Below are positions 22,083 to 32,758 of a DNA stretch of 64,000 nt, piece after piece. The stretch lies in sequence record PZ154895.1. One strand, written 5' to 3'. How positions within the stretch are numbered: position 1 is the first letter of the stretch; each line of letters starts with the position of its first letter. The position numbers and the translations under genes are program-made. Origin of the DNA: a phage. A model generated the notes under the pieces. It saw only the letters and a program-made list of their open reading frames with translations. It did not search any database and was not told the origin of the DNA.

Positions 22083-24140
22083 ATGGAACTTATTACAGAA
22101 TTATTTGACGGCGCTTCGGCGCCGGTTGTTAACTTAAATCCTAAGCATAAAATACCTCAAATTTTTGCTATTCAAGCTGGTGAAGAAAGTGTGCTTCCTG
22201 GATTTAGATTTTGTACATACACCTCTGGCGGTGATACAAATAAAAACGTTAAGCCAGGCGATAAAATGATGCATATCGTAATGATAGGTGTCAATGAGAA
22301 ACTATCATTAGTTAAACTTAAAAGCTTAGGTGGAAATCCAATTGGTGTCATTAATGCGGTTTTTGATACTGCTCTTCAAACAATGAAACAGTATAAAATT
22401 GACGCATGCCTATTCCGCGTACTAAAAAGTAAAACAAATGGCGCTGCTCGTCAAATTCAAGTTATTGCTGACCGTTTAGTACGTACTAAAGGAGCAGGTC
22501 GATATGTTCTTTTAAAGGAAATCTGGGACTATGATAAAAAGTATGCATATATTATGGTTTACCGTAAAAATGCCAATTTAGAAGACATTCCAGGTGTACC
22601 TCCTATTTCAACTGAGTTATTCACAAAAGTTGAATCAAAGGTTGGTGATGTTTATGTAGACGTTAAAACAGGTAATGCTGTTCCTAAAGCTGTTGCTGTT
22701 GCTGCTTCTATTGCTTTAGAAAATGATAAGCGTACAGATCAAGCTGTTATTCAGAAAACTAAAATTAGTCGTCGATTAGCAGCACAAGCTCAATATTCTA
22801 CTGTCGATGCTTCACTTCAGGGCGATAGCTTCGCTGCTAAGAAATATCAAGAGTTTGAATCTAAAGTTCCGGTATATAAAGCAGAAGGACCAATGAACTC
22901 TGGCGTTATTCAGATTGGTTCAAACTTCAGCAAAGGAGCTATCGGTGGTATGAGAAGTGCTTCTCGTTTTAAATCTAACGATTATGAACTAGAAAGCTTC
23001 CGAAATCATATTGCATTGGCCCATGCACGTTTACGTGATCCATCTATTAAATTACAGAGCGATATAACATATCAAGGTTCTCAGGAATATTTAAAGAATA
23101 AAGAATTCTTTGATTATAAAACCGATAAAATTTTGAGCGATCTTGCTGACATTAATATTTCTAATAGCTTTGATGTTATTAAGAAAATTGTCAATGATTT
23201 AGTTAAAGGTTCTAAAGCCACGCCAGATGAAAAGGTAGCTATTATTCAATTTGTCATGAATGGCATTTATAAATTGATTAATGAGTCTGCTTCTCAAGCG
23301 TATGAATATGCAAGTACTGAAGTACCCCCAAAAGGATTAACTCAGGCTGAGTCCGATGTAATTGAAGATTATTGTGCAGATTCATATGTTGAAATGAACT
23401 CGTTCCTCTTGGGTAAACCAGATTCTACTCGTGAAGAATACATGGAACGAGCTATTAAACACATCGAGACGCTGGATTCTGCATTCGCCAAAGGATCAGT
23501 TCTTCCTCCAGGAACTACGCTTTATCGTGGACAAGAAGTTACTTTTAAAACTTTACGCCATAATATTGAAAATAAAATGTTCTATTTCAAGAACTTCGTA
23601 TCAACATCGCTTAAACCAAATATCTTCGGTGAGTATGGTAAAAACTATATGGCTTTAGATGATTCCAGTGCAGTATTTTCTGGTGAAGGAGAAGGTTCAG
23701 TTGATGCTGAAGATTTAATGCATATGGGTAGTCACTCTGCTTATGCGAATGAAGATGCTGAAACTAGCGTGGGTATGGTAATTAAAGGAGCTGAGCGAAT
23801 CAAAGTTATCGTTCCAGGACATTTATCAGGATTTCCATCAGAAGCTGAAGTTATTTTACCGCGTGGAATTTTGCTGAAGATTAATAAAGTGAGTACGTAC
23901 ATGATGAAAGAAACTGCTTATAATAAGTATCTAATCGAAGGCACAATCGTTCCTCCTTCTGAACAATTAGAAGAATCGGTATATGATGGCGACCATCTAA
24001 TGGAAACTGGTGAAGTTCGTCCAATGGCTGGATTTAATCAATTCCTTGTAGAAGAATCAAAAGAAGAGGAAAACGAAGTTTCTCAAATCTTGGCTTCTTT
24101 GGTTAACATCAACGGAATGTCTAAAAAGTTCAAGATGTAG
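22083..24140 (+). CDS. Alt-like ADP-ribosyltransferase paralog
   Basis: 685 aa; same N-terminal propeptide MELITELFD and same R / STS / E-x-E motifs; diverged central region. Confidence 0.85.
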   Translation: MELITELFDGASAPVVNLNPKHKIPQIFAIQAGEESVLPGFRFCTYTSGGDTNKNVKPGDKMMHIVMIGVNEKLSLVKLKSLGGNPIGVINAVFDTALQTMKQYKIDACLFRVLKSKTNGAARQIQVIADRLVRTKGAGRYVLLKEIWDYDKKYAYIMVYRKNANLEDIPGVPPISTELFTKVESKVGDVYVDVKTGNAVPKAVAVAASIALENDKRTDQAVIQKTKISRRLAAQAQYSTVDASLQGDSFAAKKYQEFESKVPVYKAEGPMNSGVIQIGSNFSKGAIGGMRSASRFKSNDYELESFRNHIALAHARLRDPSIKLQSDITYQGSQEYLKNKEFFDYKTDKILSDLADINISNSFDVIKKIVNDLVKGSKATPDEKVAIIQFVMNGIYKLINESASQAYEYASTEVPPKGLTQAESDVIEDYCADSYVEMNSFLLGKPDSTREEYMERAIKHIETLDSAFAKGSVLPPGTTLYRGQEVTFKTLRHNIENKMFYFKNFVSTSLKPNIFGEYGKNYMALDDSSAVFSGEGEGSVDAEDLMHMGSHSAYANEDAETSVGMVIKGAERIKVIVPGHLSGFPSEAEVILPRGILLKINKVSTYMMKETAYNKYLIEGTIVPPSEQLEESVYDGDHLMETGEVRPMAGFNQFLVEESKEEENEVSQILASLVNINGMSKKFKM

Positions 24141-24195
24141 TTTACAAGTCACTCGTGTTGTGTTATAATAATCTTACTGACATAACATGAGGAAC
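24139..24195 (+). repeat. promoter/leader direct repeat copy B
   Basis: gtttacaagtcactcgtgttgtgttataataatcttactgacataacatgagga; matches 9084-9140. Confidence 0.85.
24140..24169 (+). promoter_or_regulatory. early-type promoter (GTTTAC -35, tataat -10)
   Basis: gtttac 24140-24145, tataat 24164-24169. Confidence 0.55.
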
Positions 24196-24200
24196 ACAAA

Positions 24201-24491
24201 ATGAAATCTTCTTTGCGCTTTTTAGGTCAAGAACTCGTAGTTGAAGGCGTTATTCCTGCTGATAACGCTTTTAATGAAGCGGTTTACGACGAATTTATCA
24301 AAATTTTTGGAACAGATAAAAAGTTCGGAATTTTTCCTTCTGAAAATTTTTCAAAGCCAGAACAGACTGAAAGCATTTTCCAAGGTGTAGTAACAGGTAA
24401 ATTTGAGTCAGAAGCTCCGGTAAAAATTGAAGTTTATATTGAAGACAGTTTAGTTGCTTCAGTTGCTGCTTTTATTTCATTCCGTAAATAA
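24201..24491 (+). CDS. hypothetical protein (96 aa)
   Basis: ORF downstream of repeated promoter; GAGGAAC RBS. Confidence 0.5.
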   Translation: MKSSLRFLGQELVVEGVIPADNAFNEAVYDEFIKIFGTDKKFGIFPSENFSKPEQTESIFQGVVTGKFESEAPVKIEVYIEDSLVASVAAFISFRK

Positions 24492-24518
24492 AAATATGGG
24501 GACCTTTCGGTCCCCATT
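24486..24518. terminator. bidirectional terminator between convergent genes
   Basis: hairpin ggggacctttcggtcccc flanked by A-run upstream and T-rich downstream. Confidence 0.7.
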
Positions 24519-24519
24519 G

Positions 24520-25485
24520 TTATATTGCTCCTAATATTTTACTTTGCGAATTGACAATTCCTGTCATAGTATTAATGTTTGAAATGCTTCCTGCAGTTCC
24601 TCCTAATCTACTAAGTCGTGAAAGCGAATTAGATAGTCCAGTAACACCTCCGCTATTTCCGAGAACGCTTTGAATGCCATTTATAGTAGCAGATTCAAGC
24701 CACTCAAGCGCAGCTTGTCTATCAACCGCTCCAGCCTGCATGACTCTATACGCAAAAGTAACATCAAATGTAGTTATTTGGTTATCTCCATCGTATGATA
24801 ACTCAGGAGCGCTCACTGACACCGGAATGCATCCAGTGAACATCACCGCAGTATGAGGTAATCCATTACGAGCATGAAGATTAACCTGAATATCTGCCTC
24901 GACATCTTGTGGCAAAGCACGCAATCCAGTTACTGGGTCTTGAACAGCGTTAACCCAGTCTTGCATCGCACGATAGTTACAAGCTTCTGAATCCATCCTA
25001 AATGAAATAACCAAAGGGTCTAATTCTCTCCCAGTTATACGAATATTAGGAGAATTATAGTTCCAGTCAGTTTCATAGGATAATCTATTCTCTGGCATTT
25101 TTACAGAATATATCATCAATCCAGATGAGTTATATGCCATGTTAAAGAAGTCAATTAAATATGTACCAACTGTAAATGAGCCCAATAAACTTTGAACTGT
25201 ACGTTGACTCATGGCACCAATAAGATATTTACTAACCCCTGATTTTCTTATCAGTTTTTGTGTGCCAGCTGTAATTAGCGTGGTAATTCCCTGATTAATA
25301 TCGCCTTGAGTCAATCCTAACCAATCTGAATTTAGACCCAAGTTATTATAAGAAAAGTTGCTAATTGAACTTATCAACGAAGAGCTTTTAGTTGATGGAG
25401 TTGTCGCAAAAACGCAGCTAAACATATTATTACGTTGGAAATCTGCGTTTATTGCTTGATTATTAAATTCCTCTAAAGAATACAT
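24520..25485 (-). CDS. 54: baseplate tail-tube initiator
   Basis: 321 aa; recognised sequence and T4 order 54-48-29-28-27-51. Confidence 0.9.
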   Translation of the reverse strand: MYSLEEFNNQAINADFQRNNMFSCVFATTPSTKSSSLISSISNFSYNNLGLNSDWLGLTQGDINQGITTLITAGTQKLIRKSGVSKYLIGAMSQRTVQSLLGSFTVGTYLIDFFNMAYNSSGLMIYSVKMPENRLSYETDWNYNSPNIRITGRELDPLVISFRMDSEACNYRAMQDWVNAVQDPVTGLRALPQDVEADIQVNLHARNGLPHTAVMFTGCIPVSVSAPELSYDGDNQITTFDVTFAYRVMQAGAVDRQAALEWLESATINGIQSVLGNSGGVTGLSNSLSRLSRLGGTAGSISNINTMTGIVNSQSKILGAI

Positions 25486-26579
25486 TAAAAAGTCCCCGCA
25501 TATAAAGAAGCACGGTTTAACGTGATAATTTCTCTCATAGTAATCTCAAGAGTAAATGTACTAGGGAGGTTTGGAGCAATAGCTAATCCATTAAAGTTAC
25601 CATTAGGCGTTTTATCAAATCTGATGCTCTGTATTTGGCATGGACCAAATATTTCCGTTTTTCCATCAAACTTAGATGTTGCACCAAAGTTTTTCACCAT
25701 CCAAATTGTCGGGTTTGAAACTACTAGAACGTTAGTTAAGCTCGATGTCATTTTCTCAAATAGTGTTTTATTTTTAGCTGCGTCTTCCGGAGATAAAGGT
25801 TCAATTAACGTAGAACGATACCAATCATCTAAATACCCCTTTATTTCAGCAGCATATTGAGATTTGCCCGTTTCACCATAAGAAAAATAGTTAAAATATT
25901 GATAGATATTAATAATAGCCATTAAATCTTCTGTTGAACGTGGAGTCAAATCCCATGTAAACACTTTAGTTCTATTCTCAGCACCGCCATACATACTTCT
26001 AGCTGTCGTATAAATCTGTTCATTATTATCAGCCATTATACCTTGCGTTATACTTTCCAGTGCCCCAAATACTGCAGTTGAAGCAATATTACTTAACACA
26101 CCAGTAGCAGTACCTCCGCCTCTGCTGATAAGACTTTCTTGAACATCATTAAATCTATGTGATGATGTATCAACGTCAGATTTAGATCTCGGTAAAAGAA
26201 TGTTTGCGACAGGAGCTTTACTTATTGTTCCTGAATTATTGTTTGATATTAATCCATTTGATAGTTTTGATACTGTACTACTAATAGTGTTTCTAGCTGT
26301 ACTTAAAATACTCGAAGATGAAGAAGAGTAGTTAGATCTCATCGATCTAAGACTTCCAGAATCCCTAGATGACATATTGTATGCAGTAAATAATAATCCA
26401 TTCTTATATAGATCTGTTACCTGGAAGTCCCCTGTAGTGTCATTACCACTAGCACGCCCAGTTGGAAACTGGGCAGTGTATGTTTTAGTTACTACTTCTG
26501 ATTTAGTACTCTGTCCGGCTGAAATTTTCTCACCGGACTTTTTAATTAAATCAGCAGTTATTTCTTTAACAATTGCCAT
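25485..26579 (-). CDS. 48: baseplate tail-tube cap
   Basis: 364 aa, same length as T4 gp48; synteny. Confidence 0.9.
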   Translation of the reverse strand: MAIVKEITADLIKKSGEKISAGQSTKSEVVTKTYTAQFPTGRASGNDTTGDFQVTDLYKNGLLFTAYNMSSRDSGSLRSMRSNYSSSSSSILSTARNTISSTVSKLSNGLISNNNSGTISKAPVANILLPRSKSDVDTSSHRFNDVQESLISRGGGTATGVLSNIASTAVFGALESITQGIMADNNEQIYTTARSMYGGAENRTKVFTWDLTPRSTEDLMAIINIYQYFNYFSYGETGKSQYAAEIKGYLDDWYRSTLIEPLSPEDAAKNKTLFEKMTSSLTNVLVVSNPTIWMVKNFGATSKFDGKTEIFGPCQIQSIRFDKTPNGNFNGLAIAPNLPSTFTLEITMREIITLNRASLYAGTF

Positions 26580-26587
26580 ATTATTCC

Positions 26588-28360
26588 TTAATTAACTCCA
26601 GTCGCATCAAATACACCAGGAGCAGTCGTGCTCGTTACGGGTGTCATATTATGAACGACAGTATTTTTCTTAACAACATTATTAGTATTATTGATCGAAG
26701 GAGATGCTTGTTGAACAGGAGCTTGCTGTGCTTTGTTCTTTTCTATTACCTGGACTTGTTTTGCTTCTGGCGATTTAGCAGAAGTTTCAGGTTTGGCATT
26801 AGGCTGATTTTTCTTTAGCTCTTGATAAGTAGCATCAATTTTAGAAAATCTAGCAGCAAGTTCTTTTTTAACTGCCGGTGAATTATTTAAATCCGGGTCA
26901 TCCATCCGTTTTTTAAGGTCTTCATAGGCAGCTTCAACTGATTTAACCGTTGAGTCTTTACTCATATCAGCTGAATCAGCATATTTTTCAAAACGAATCA
27001 TCGCGGCACGGGCTTCATTAGCCTTCATTAAAGCATTTTTTCTTTCTTCTGGTGAAAGTTGCTTTAATTTTTCTTCTTCTGCTGCACGTTCTTCGTCGGT
27101 AGTTAGTGCTTCTTTATTATCAACGCCACGAATCCAGTTAGATGCACGAGTTTTCCAATTAGCAATTTTATCTAATCCTTTTGCTATCGGACCAAGGTCT
27201 CCGTTCATTCGTTTATCTTGATAATTTGCAACTTTTTCCTGGTCTTCTTTATTGAGAGATGCTCCAGTAGAATTTTGGAAATTTTCTAGTGCTCTTCCTT
27301 CTACTTCATCAGCGGTATCCTTCATGCCAGGAATGACTCGAAGAATTGCAGCAGATAATTTAGCCATTCCAAGCTGAATAAGTTCTCCTAAATTATAAAG
27401 AACCTTTCCAAGCCCTTCTACAATAGCTACCGTCAAACCGCCCCAATCTCCCTCTTCCCAGAATTTTTTAATTTCATCAATAGAACTAAAGATGCTCTGT
27501 AATAAAGGACCCCATGTTCCGGTTTCGCTAGAGAATTTAGTAAAGTTTGAACTAAACAAATCCCAAGCCTGCGAAAATTTATCTGACCAATATTTAAAGT
27601 GAACCATCAGCAGATCTATTCCAACAACAACAGCCAATATCATTGCAGTCATTTTAGCAGCTTCAATAGCAGCACTGACGGTATACTTAAATAGCATGCT
27701 TGATATTTTATCAGTAATTGAAATAGATTTCTTAAATCCAAAATCAACAGTCTTCGTTAATTTATCTAAAGCTTGAGATAATTTTAAGTTAAATGCGTCT
27801 TTTTTCTGTTTTTCTTCTGGCGATTCTTGTTTAGGTTCAACTGGCTGAGGGGTAGGGAAAAAATCAGCATCAGGATCATTATTAACTGCTTCAGGAGCCG
27901 GTAATAAAGGACCCACAGATTCAGCTGTATCATCCTCAACAACTTTAACAGGAATAGCGCTTTCAACCGTAGCTAAACTAGTTCCCGTCTGTTGAATTCC
28001 AGCTGTCTGAATTTTTTGTTCTAGTAAACTTGTTAATTTATCTAATTTGCTCCCGAGTGATTCACCGATTTCTTTATTAATATTATTGCCAATTTCGACA
28101 GTTTCAGCAATTAACTCAGAACCGGCAGTAGTATCACTCACTGCGCTTTCTACGTTGTCAATTGCTCCAATTATTTCATTCGATTTTTCTTCGACAGTTT
28201 GAGCAATTAATTCAGAAGCAGCTTGAGCATCATCCAATTTCGTAGATATATCGTTAAGTCCAGATAAAGTGTTAGAAGCGGATTTAGCCGCTTCCTGTGT
28301 TGGTTTATTATCTGAAATAACTTTTCTACGCATCGTTTGCATTTCTTGTGGCTTTTTCAT
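26588..28360 (-). CDS. 29: baseplate hub / tail length determinator
   Basis: 590 aa, same length as T4 gp29; synteny. Confidence 0.9.
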   Translation of the reverse strand: MKKPQEMQTMRRKVISDNKPTQEAAKSASNTLSGLNDISTKLDDAQAASELIAQTVEEKSNEIIGAIDNVESAVSDTTAGSELIAETVEIGNNINKEIGESLGSKLDKLTSLLEQKIQTAGIQQTGTSLATVESAIPVKVVEDDTAESVGPLLPAPEAVNNDPDADFFPTPQPVEPKQESPEEKQKKDAFNLKLSQALDKLTKTVDFGFKKSISITDKISSMLFKYTVSAAIEAAKMTAMILAVVVGIDLLMVHFKYWSDKFSQAWDLFSSNFTKFSSETGTWGPLLQSIFSSIDEIKKFWEEGDWGGLTVAIVEGLGKVLYNLGELIQLGMAKLSAAILRVIPGMKDTADEVEGRALENFQNSTGASLNKEDQEKVANYQDKRMNGDLGPIAKGLDKIANWKTRASNWIRGVDNKEALTTDEERAAEEEKLKQLSPEERKNALMKANEARAAMIRFEKYADSADMSKDSTVKSVEAAYEDLKKRMDDPDLNNSPAVKKELAARFSKIDATYQELKKNQPNAKPETSAKSPEAKQVQVIEKNKAQQAPVQQASPSINNTNNVVKKNTVVHNMTPVTSTTAPGVFDATGVN

Positions 28361-28890
28361 TCAAATAATCCAATAATATTGCCAATTCCGGTTATTGGAC
28401 CATTAGGGCCAGGAATTGCTAAAGTTGTAAAAATATCATTTGCCCATTTTAAAACGAATGCTGGCATCTCAAGAAAATTAATTTCTTTAACTTCATCATT
28501 GACCTTAAGCAAGCACTTGGATAACATATCGCTCACCGTTAAAAATTGTTCAAATTTTCCAGGAGGTCTAAAATAAAATGTATTTCCTTGGTATTGAAAT
28601 TCCAATCTTTGGCATACATAAACATCATTAATGTCATAAGTATAACCATCTATTTCTTTACGAGATTTAATCTTTCCATTAAATTCCAATAAATGAATAG
28701 AAACGAAATCAACTTCTGCCGGTGATAAATTTGGACAAATAGAATCGATCAAAAGTTTTAAATTTTCATCAGGACCTTTAACATCTTTTAAAATGTTATA
28801 GTGTTTAAGACCCATTTTAGGAATAGAAACTTCTTTATTGCTTATTGGAAGAACTACTTTCTTCAGTGGTAGTATCAGATTTAAATTCAT
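28357..28890 (-). CDS. 28: baseplate hub distal subunit
   Basis: 177 aa; synteny. Confidence 0.85.
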   Translation of the reverse strand: MNLNLILPLKKVVLPISNKEVSIPKMGLKHYNILKDVKGPDENLKLLIDSICPNLSPAEVDFVSIHLLEFNGKIKSRKEIDGYTYDINDVYVCQRLEFQYQGNTFYFRPPGKFEQFLTVSDMLSKCLLKVNDEVKEINFLEMPAFVLKWANDIFTTLAIPGPNGPITGIGNIIGLFE

Positions 28891-30010
28891 TTTTAACCTT
28901 AACTGGGTCTATTGTTTCCAGTTTCGTTGCATTAGTGAACATATATAGATGAGTTACTGAATTATTATTGGATAATTCGTGGATAACTTCATCAACGTAA
29001 AATTCTGTTTTAAATTGGTTTTTACTATCATTAAAAATAATTTTAACGCCAGGTGTCAAGTTAAAATTACCGACAGTAGAACATTTAGCATAACCGTCAT
29101 ATTGTGCCATAGTTTGAAGACGAATAGCTTCTTCATATCCATTCCTATAAGTCATTTCAGAATAAGCACCTGACCTTGACACTACAATAGAGTTTTCTCC
29201 TTTTCCTGTAGTAATCATTGGCAATGAAGAATCTAAAAATGAATGCGCGTAGATAGTAGCGTTTTTCATTGGGTCGCGTTTGTGAGGATTCGATTTAGTC
29301 AACCAAACGAAATCATATGCTAATGGATATTTTAATTCTTGGATGAATTGACCTATTAAAGATGGCTCACCGACAATCATTGGATACGGTTCTTGATTTA
29401 TCATCATATCATAGTCCATCATGTTAACTCCCATGATGTCTTGCCATACAAATACAAATTTGTCACTTCCTACAGCTAGAGCAACTTCTCTAACATATGA
29501 CAAATAGTTTTCAAATGTGCTAGTCCACGGAATATCAGGAACATAAGCATTTATAGCATTTATTGCTGGAGTTAATAATGTGCGATCTTGATAAATGACA
29601 CCAAGCATTTCTTTTATAGATTCACCTGCATCAGGGAAAAATGGTCTGCCAAATTTAAGATTTTCTATAGAATGAATAGTTCCCAATTCAATAGCAATGA
29701 TGTTATCACCCTTTGAATCTACTGACACGGAAAAATGCTTACATCCATAAATTCTTGTTTTAACATTATTAATATCGTTTGCATTAGCTACAGAAATCTG
29801 AATTATTTCATTTCCATCCATTTTTGTATGGATATTTTTAGAATCATAAAACTGCAGCATTCCTTCATTTCGGCCATAAAGAGAATCCCGCATAGTTAAT
29901 GTGGTAATAGTAGCAGCTAATTCAACAAATCTATTATTACTCCAAGCGTCGTAGCTATCAAATAATTTAACGCTGAGATTTGGATATCCTGGGCGTTGCA
30001 ACATACTCAT
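28835..30010 (-). CDS. 27: baseplate hub subunit
   Basis: 391 aa; synteny. Confidence 0.9.
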   Translation of the reverse strand: MSMLQRPGYPNLSVKLFDSYDAWSNNRFVELAATITTLTMRDSLYGRNEGMLQFYDSKNIHTKMDGNEIIQISVANANDINNVKTRIYGCKHFSVSVDSKGDNIIAIELGTIHSIENLKFGRPFFPDAGESIKEMLGVIYQDRTLLTPAINAINAYVPDIPWTSTFENYLSYVREVALAVGSDKFVFVWQDIMGVNMMDYDMMINQEPYPMIVGEPSLIGQFIQELKYPLAYDFVWLTKSNPHKRDPMKNATIYAHSFLDSSLPMITTGKGENSIVVSRSGAYSEMTYRNGYEEAIRLQTMAQYDGYAKCSTVGNFNLTPGVKIIFNDSKNQFKTEFYVDEVIHELSNNNSVTHLYMFTNATKLETIDPVKVKNEFKSDTTTEESSSSNKQ

Positions 30011-30759
30011 TATTGTTTATCCTTCTCAATCAGTTTTAATACGAATCCGCGCTCGGCAGGAATCATTTTCATTATTGAATTTAAACTATAATTACTTTTT
30101 ACGAGTGTGTGATTAATTTGATAAAAAGTAAATATCTCATCTGGGTTAACTAATAGCTTAAACACATCTACTATATCAGTGTATTTTTTTACATACTTAT
30201 CACAGCAGGACATGTGTAGCGTTAAATTAATAGGATTCATTGCATCGAGAATTTTTTCTAATGTTTCTATCTCGATGGCATCAACAAGTTCTATTTGACT
30301 TGATTCGCTAATTTCCTTCCAATCATACCACATTTCATCTACTTGAACAGAATGAATATTTTCAGTAATCATCTTTGCTTTATTTTCATAAAACTCAGAA
30401 GGAAACTTTAATTTAATTTTAACATTAGCTACATCAAAAACAGGTTCCTTTAATTCTTTTTGATATATTTCAAATGGAACTGTCTTTTCCTTTTTACATT
30501 TTGGACATACAAATGTGACTGGTACTTTAGTTTTACCTATTGACCCTACAAATACCTGCAAAAATATAAATGGTTGCCAAGTCTTTGGATAGTCTCCAAA
30601 ATAATCAGCAATTAAATCAGCAATTATTTCTTTTTGTTCTTGTGGTGACCGATGTTCTATATCGTTTCGAACTAACAAAAAATCTCGATAATCTTCTACC
30701 GTAAATGGTTTAAAACGATGAACACCATCTGGTAATTTACAACGAATAATGTTTGCCAT
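30010..30759 (-). CDS. 51: baseplate hub assembly catalyst
   Basis: 249 aa; synteny. Confidence 0.85.
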   Translation of the reverse strand: MANIIRCKLPDGVHRFKPFTVEDYRDFLLVRNDIEHRSPQEQKEIIADLIADYFGDYPKTWQPFIFLQVFVGSIGKTKVPVTFVCPKCKKEKTVPFEIYQKELKEPVFDVANVKIKLKFPSEFYENKAKMITENIHSVQVDEMWYDWKEISESSQIELVDAIEIETLEKILDAMNPINLTLHMSCCDKYVKKYTDIVDVFKLLVNPDEIFTFYQINHTLVKSNYSLNSIMKMIPAERGFVLKLIEKDKQ

Positions 30760-30776
30760 AGATGCTCCTTTTATTC

Positions 30777-30788
30777 TATTTATAAATA
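30777..30788. promoter_or_regulatory. overlapping divergent late promoters (TATAAATA on both strands)
   Basis: tatttataaata: + strand tataaata 30781-30788 for gene 26, - strand tataaata 30777-30784 for gene 51. Confidence 0.7.
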
Positions 30789-30809
30789 TGATAAATAAAG
30801 GAGCTAAAT

Positions 30810-31436
30810 ATGTATGAATACAAATTTGACGTGAGAGTTGGTTCTAAAATAATCAACTGTCGCGCATTTACTCTTAAAGAATATCTAGAACTTATTACTG
30901 CTAAAAAGAACGGTTCAGTAGAAGAGATCGTTAAAAAGCTAATCAAAGAATGCACAAATGCAAAAGATTTAAACCGCCAAGAATCAGAACTACTATTGAT
31001 TCATTTATGGGCACATTCTCTTGGAGAAGTTAATCACGAAAACTCCTGGAAGTGCACCTGCGGAACTGAAATACCAACCCATATAAATCTATTACATACA
31101 CAAATAGATGCACCAGAAGACCTCTGGTATACACTGGGTGACATTAAAATTAAGTTCCATTACCCTAAAATTTTTGATGATAAAAATATAGCCCACATGA
31201 TAGTATCATGTATAGAAACGATTCATGCTAACGGTGAAAGCATTCCAATTGAAGACTTAAATGAAAAAGAGTTGGAAGATTTATATTCTATCATCACAGA
31301 GTCAGATATTGTAGCTATAAAAGATATGCTTTTAAAGCCTACTGTCTATTTGGCTGTTCCAATTAAGTGTCCAGAGTGTGGAAAATCTCACGCTCATGTA
31401 ATAAGAGGACTCAAAGAATTCTTTGAGCTATTGTAA
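30810..31436 (+). CDS. 26: baseplate hub subunit
   Basis: 208 aa; Cys pairs; synteny. Confidence 0.85.
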   Translation: MYEYKFDVRVGSKIINCRAFTLKEYLELITAKKNGSVEEIVKKLIKECTNAKDLNRQESELLLIHLWAHSLGEVNHENSWKCTCGTEIPTHINLLHTQIDAPEDLWYTLGDIKIKFHYPKIFDDKNIAHMIVSCIETIHANGESIPIEDLNEKELEDLYSIITESDIVAIKDMLLKPTVYLAVPIKCPECGKSHAHVIRGLKEFFELL

Positions 31437-31834
31437 TGGCAAATATTAATAAGCTTTATTCTGACATTGACCCAGAAATGAAAATGGATTGGGACAAAGA
31501 TGTTTCTAGATCTCTTGGATTAAGGTCAATTAAAAATAGCCTTTTGGGAATTATTACAACCAGAAAAGGGTCAAGACCTTTTGACCCAGAATTTGGATGC
31601 GATTTATCTGATCAGCTTTTTGAGAATATGACTCCTCTTACTGCTGATACAGTTGAGCGTAACATCGAAAGCGCAGTAAGAAACTACGAGCCACGTATTG
31701 ATAAATTAGCAGTTAATGTAATACCAGTTTATGATGATTATACTCTGATAGTAGAAATACGCTTTTCGGTCATCGATAACCCTGATGATATTGAACAGAT
31801 AAAACTACAACTGGCTTCCAGTAATAGAGTATAA
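31436..31834 (+). CDS. 25: baseplate wedge protein (gp25)
   Basis: 132 aa; synteny and length. Confidence 0.9.
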   Translation: MANINKLYSDIDPEMKMDWDKDVSRSLGLRSIKNSLLGIITTRKGSRPFDPEFGCDLSDQLFENMTPLTADTVERNIESAVRNYEPRIDKLAVNVIPVYDDYTLIVEIRFSVIDNPDDIEQIKLQLASSNRV

Positions 31835-31859
31835 TGCTTCACGTGTAAACGTGGTATAA
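31832..31859 (+). promoter_or_regulatory. middle (MotA-type) promoter for uvsY
   Basis: MotA-box-like aaTGCTTcA 31832-31840, tataat 31854-31859, 13-bp gap. Confidence 0.5.
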
Positions 31860-31900
31860 TGAATCTAAGTCCATCCAATAACAATTGAATAGAGAACAAT

Positions 31901-32314
31901 ATGAGATTAGAAGATCTTCAAGAAGAATTGAAGAAAGATGTGTTTATAGATTCGACTAAATTACAGTATGAAGCAGCTAATAATGTGATGTTATATAGTA
32001 AATGGCTCAATAAGCATTCAAGTATTAAAAAGGAAATGCTTAGAATTGACGCGCAGAAAAAAGTTGCTCTTAAAGCTAAATTAGACTACTACTCGGGACG
32101 AGGAGATGGTGATGAATTTAGTATGGATCGTTATGAAAAATCAGAAATGAAGACAGTTCTATCAGCTGATAAGGACGTTTTAAAAGTTGATACTTCATTA
32201 CAATATTGGGGAATTTTATTGGATTTCTGTAGCGGAGCTCTTGATGCTATTAAATCACGCGGATTTGCTATTAAGCATATTCAAGACATGCGAGCATTTG
32301 AGGCTGGAAAATAA
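31901..32314 (+). CDS. uvsY: recombination mediator protein UvsY
   Basis: 137 aa; synteny 25-uvsY-uvsW; length matches T4 UvsY. Confidence 0.85.
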   Translation: MRLEDLQEELKKDVFIDSTKLQYEAANNVMLYSKWLNKHSSIKKEMLRIDAQKKVALKAKLDYYSGRGDGDEFSMDRYEKSEMKTVLSADKDVLKVDTSLQYWGILLDFCSGALDAIKSRGFAIKHIQDMRAFEAGK

Positions 32315-32538
32315 TGAAATATAGCATTGATGATGCTTTTAATTATGAAGAAGAATTTGAAACGGAAATTCAATTCTTAATGAAAAAGTATAATCTCAAG
32401 CGTCAGGATATTCGTATCCTGGCCGACCACCCATGCGGTGAAGATGTACTTTATATTAAAGGAAAATTTGCCGGATATCTTGATGAATATTTTTATTCTA
32501 AAGATATGGGTATTGATATGCATATGAGAGTTATATAA
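32314..32538 (+). CDS. hypothetical small protein (74 aa)
   Basis: ATGA-coupled ORF after uvsY. Confidence 0.5.
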   Translation: MKYSIDDAFNYEEEFETEIQFLMKKYNLKRQDIRILADHPCGEDVLYIKGKFAGYLDEYFYSKDMGIDMHMRVI

Positions 32539-32541
32539 ATA
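32534..32541 (+). promoter_or_regulatory. late promoter motif TATAAATA
   Basis: exact tataaata 26 bp upstream of small ORF at 32567. Confidence 0.4.
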
Positions 32542-32566
32542 GATATATAATTTAGAGGAGACAATC

Positions 32567-32734
32567 ATGTCAGATAAGATTTGTGTTGTCTGTAAAACTC
32601 CAATCGATTCTGCATTGGTTGTTGAAACAGACAAAGGTCCTGTACATCCTGGGCCTTGTTATAATTACATTAAAGAACTACCAGTTTCAGAAAGTTCGGA
32701 AGAACAATTAAATGAAACACAACTTTTGCTATAG
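32567..32734 (+). CDS. hypothetical 55-aa Cys-containing mini-protein (not in ORF track)
   Basis: GAGGAG RBS at 32555-32560; MSDKICVVCKTPIDS...HPGPCYNY; acidic tail; terminator follows. Confidence 0.5.
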   Translation: MSDKICVVCKTPIDSALVVETDKGPVHPGPCYNYIKELPVSESSEEQLNETQLLL

Positions 32735-32758
32735 TGTGACCTTTAGTCTATAGTTTTG

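Noticed and set aside
26573-28576. Short + strand ORFs opposite genes 29 and 28 (26573-26818, 28337-28576)
   Set aside because: Antisense to long conserved baseplate genes; no RBS; lengths consistent with chance.
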